Positions 63,583 to 64,000 of a stretch of 64,000 bases of DNA are shown one piece after another. The translations under genes and the position numbers were made by a program. Position 1 is the first letter of the stretch. Each line of letters opens with the position of its first letter. The notes beneath the pieces are model-generated. The model was not told the DNA's origin. It saw only the letters and a list, made by a program, of their open reading frames with translations, and did not search any database. The stretch lies in sequence record MZ475891.1, one strand, 5' to 3'.

Positions 63583-64000
63583 TAACTTCATTACTCTTGA
63601 GCAATATCGCGCGATGATCGAACGCAACATCCTGACCGAACCCGCGATGTTAGTCAAGAACCAGACTCAGCCACTTGGGCGAATCATCTTCCAAGCGCTG
63701 GGCGACAACATGCAGATGAAGGACATCATTGTTCCTGACTCTCGCAATGCGATTGACCTGACTCAGCAAGCGCCGCTGTCTAACCTGCTGGCCAGCTCGC
63801 AACTCAAGTCGCTGATTCAGCTTCGCCGTCTGGTAATCTTGAATCCGGATGATATGCCTGCACCAGAGCAAGGCATTAAGAAGCCTACTCTTTCGCAAGA
63901 GCCTGTTGCTGGCGCTACCTCGATCGATGGTACCACGATTCCAAACGCGACTGTTATTGTTGAGCAAAACGGTAACGTCTGGACTGGTACTTCAAACGGT
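63575..64000 (+). CDS. probable virion protein with an Ig-like domain, 3'-truncated (absent from the ORF track)
   Basis: GGAG RBS, ATG at 63575, open to the window end: MSDNFITLEQY...GATSIDGTTIPNATVIVEQNG. Confidence 0.6.
   Translation, partial: MSDNFITLEQYRAMIERNILTEPAMLVKNQTQPLGRIIFQALGDNMQMKDIIVPDSRNAIDLTQQAPLSNLLASSQLKSLIQLRRLVILNPDDMPAPEQGIKKPTLSQEPVAGATSIDGTTIPNATVIVEQNGNVWTGTSNG

Noticed and set aside
1-64000. tRNA, tmRNA or rRNA genes
   Set aside because: No T-loop GTTCGA(A)TC with cloverleaf context and no rRNA-length region was seen. The 16S match at 51140 is only 12 nt.

Overview
64 kb of a large lytic myovirus (jumbo-phage-like) genome, about 50% GC by eye and densely coding. 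Nearly all genes are on the minus strand until a switch at about 61.9 kb. From left to right it holds a virion fibre/Ig-domain cluster and tail sheath, then DHH, J-domain and UvsW-like helicase genes, a beta-clamp-like protein and a family A DNA polymerase with a UDG-like N-terminus. These are followed by a 1944-aa SNF2 protein, an HNH nuclease, putative head/neck genes, a histone H1-like protein, Mre11/Rad50, a GH108 endolysin, a DnaX-like clamp loader and a RuvC-like resolvase. The gene content resembles Erwinia Y3 / Dickeya JA11 / PaBG-type jumbo myoviruses; this is inference, as no search was run. The most notable unexplained signals are: (1) a ~400-nt highly structured intergenic RNA candidate with strand-diagnostic G-U pairs and complementary GGCC loops (53476-53871); (2) an N-terminal S-x-S-[A/K/R] tag shared by about 11 otherwise unrelated proteins, including an ADP-ribosyltransferase and the giant SNF2, suggesting a capsid-targeting/injected-protein system; (3) a second, minimal PolA-fold polymerase next to an origin-like region with repeats and phased A/T tracts; (4) two recurring promoter-like motifs (CTGTAAAYA and TAATTT) that roughly split replication from virion genes. 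No tRNA, rRNA, CRISPR array or IS element was seen. Annotations come from motif reading by eye.
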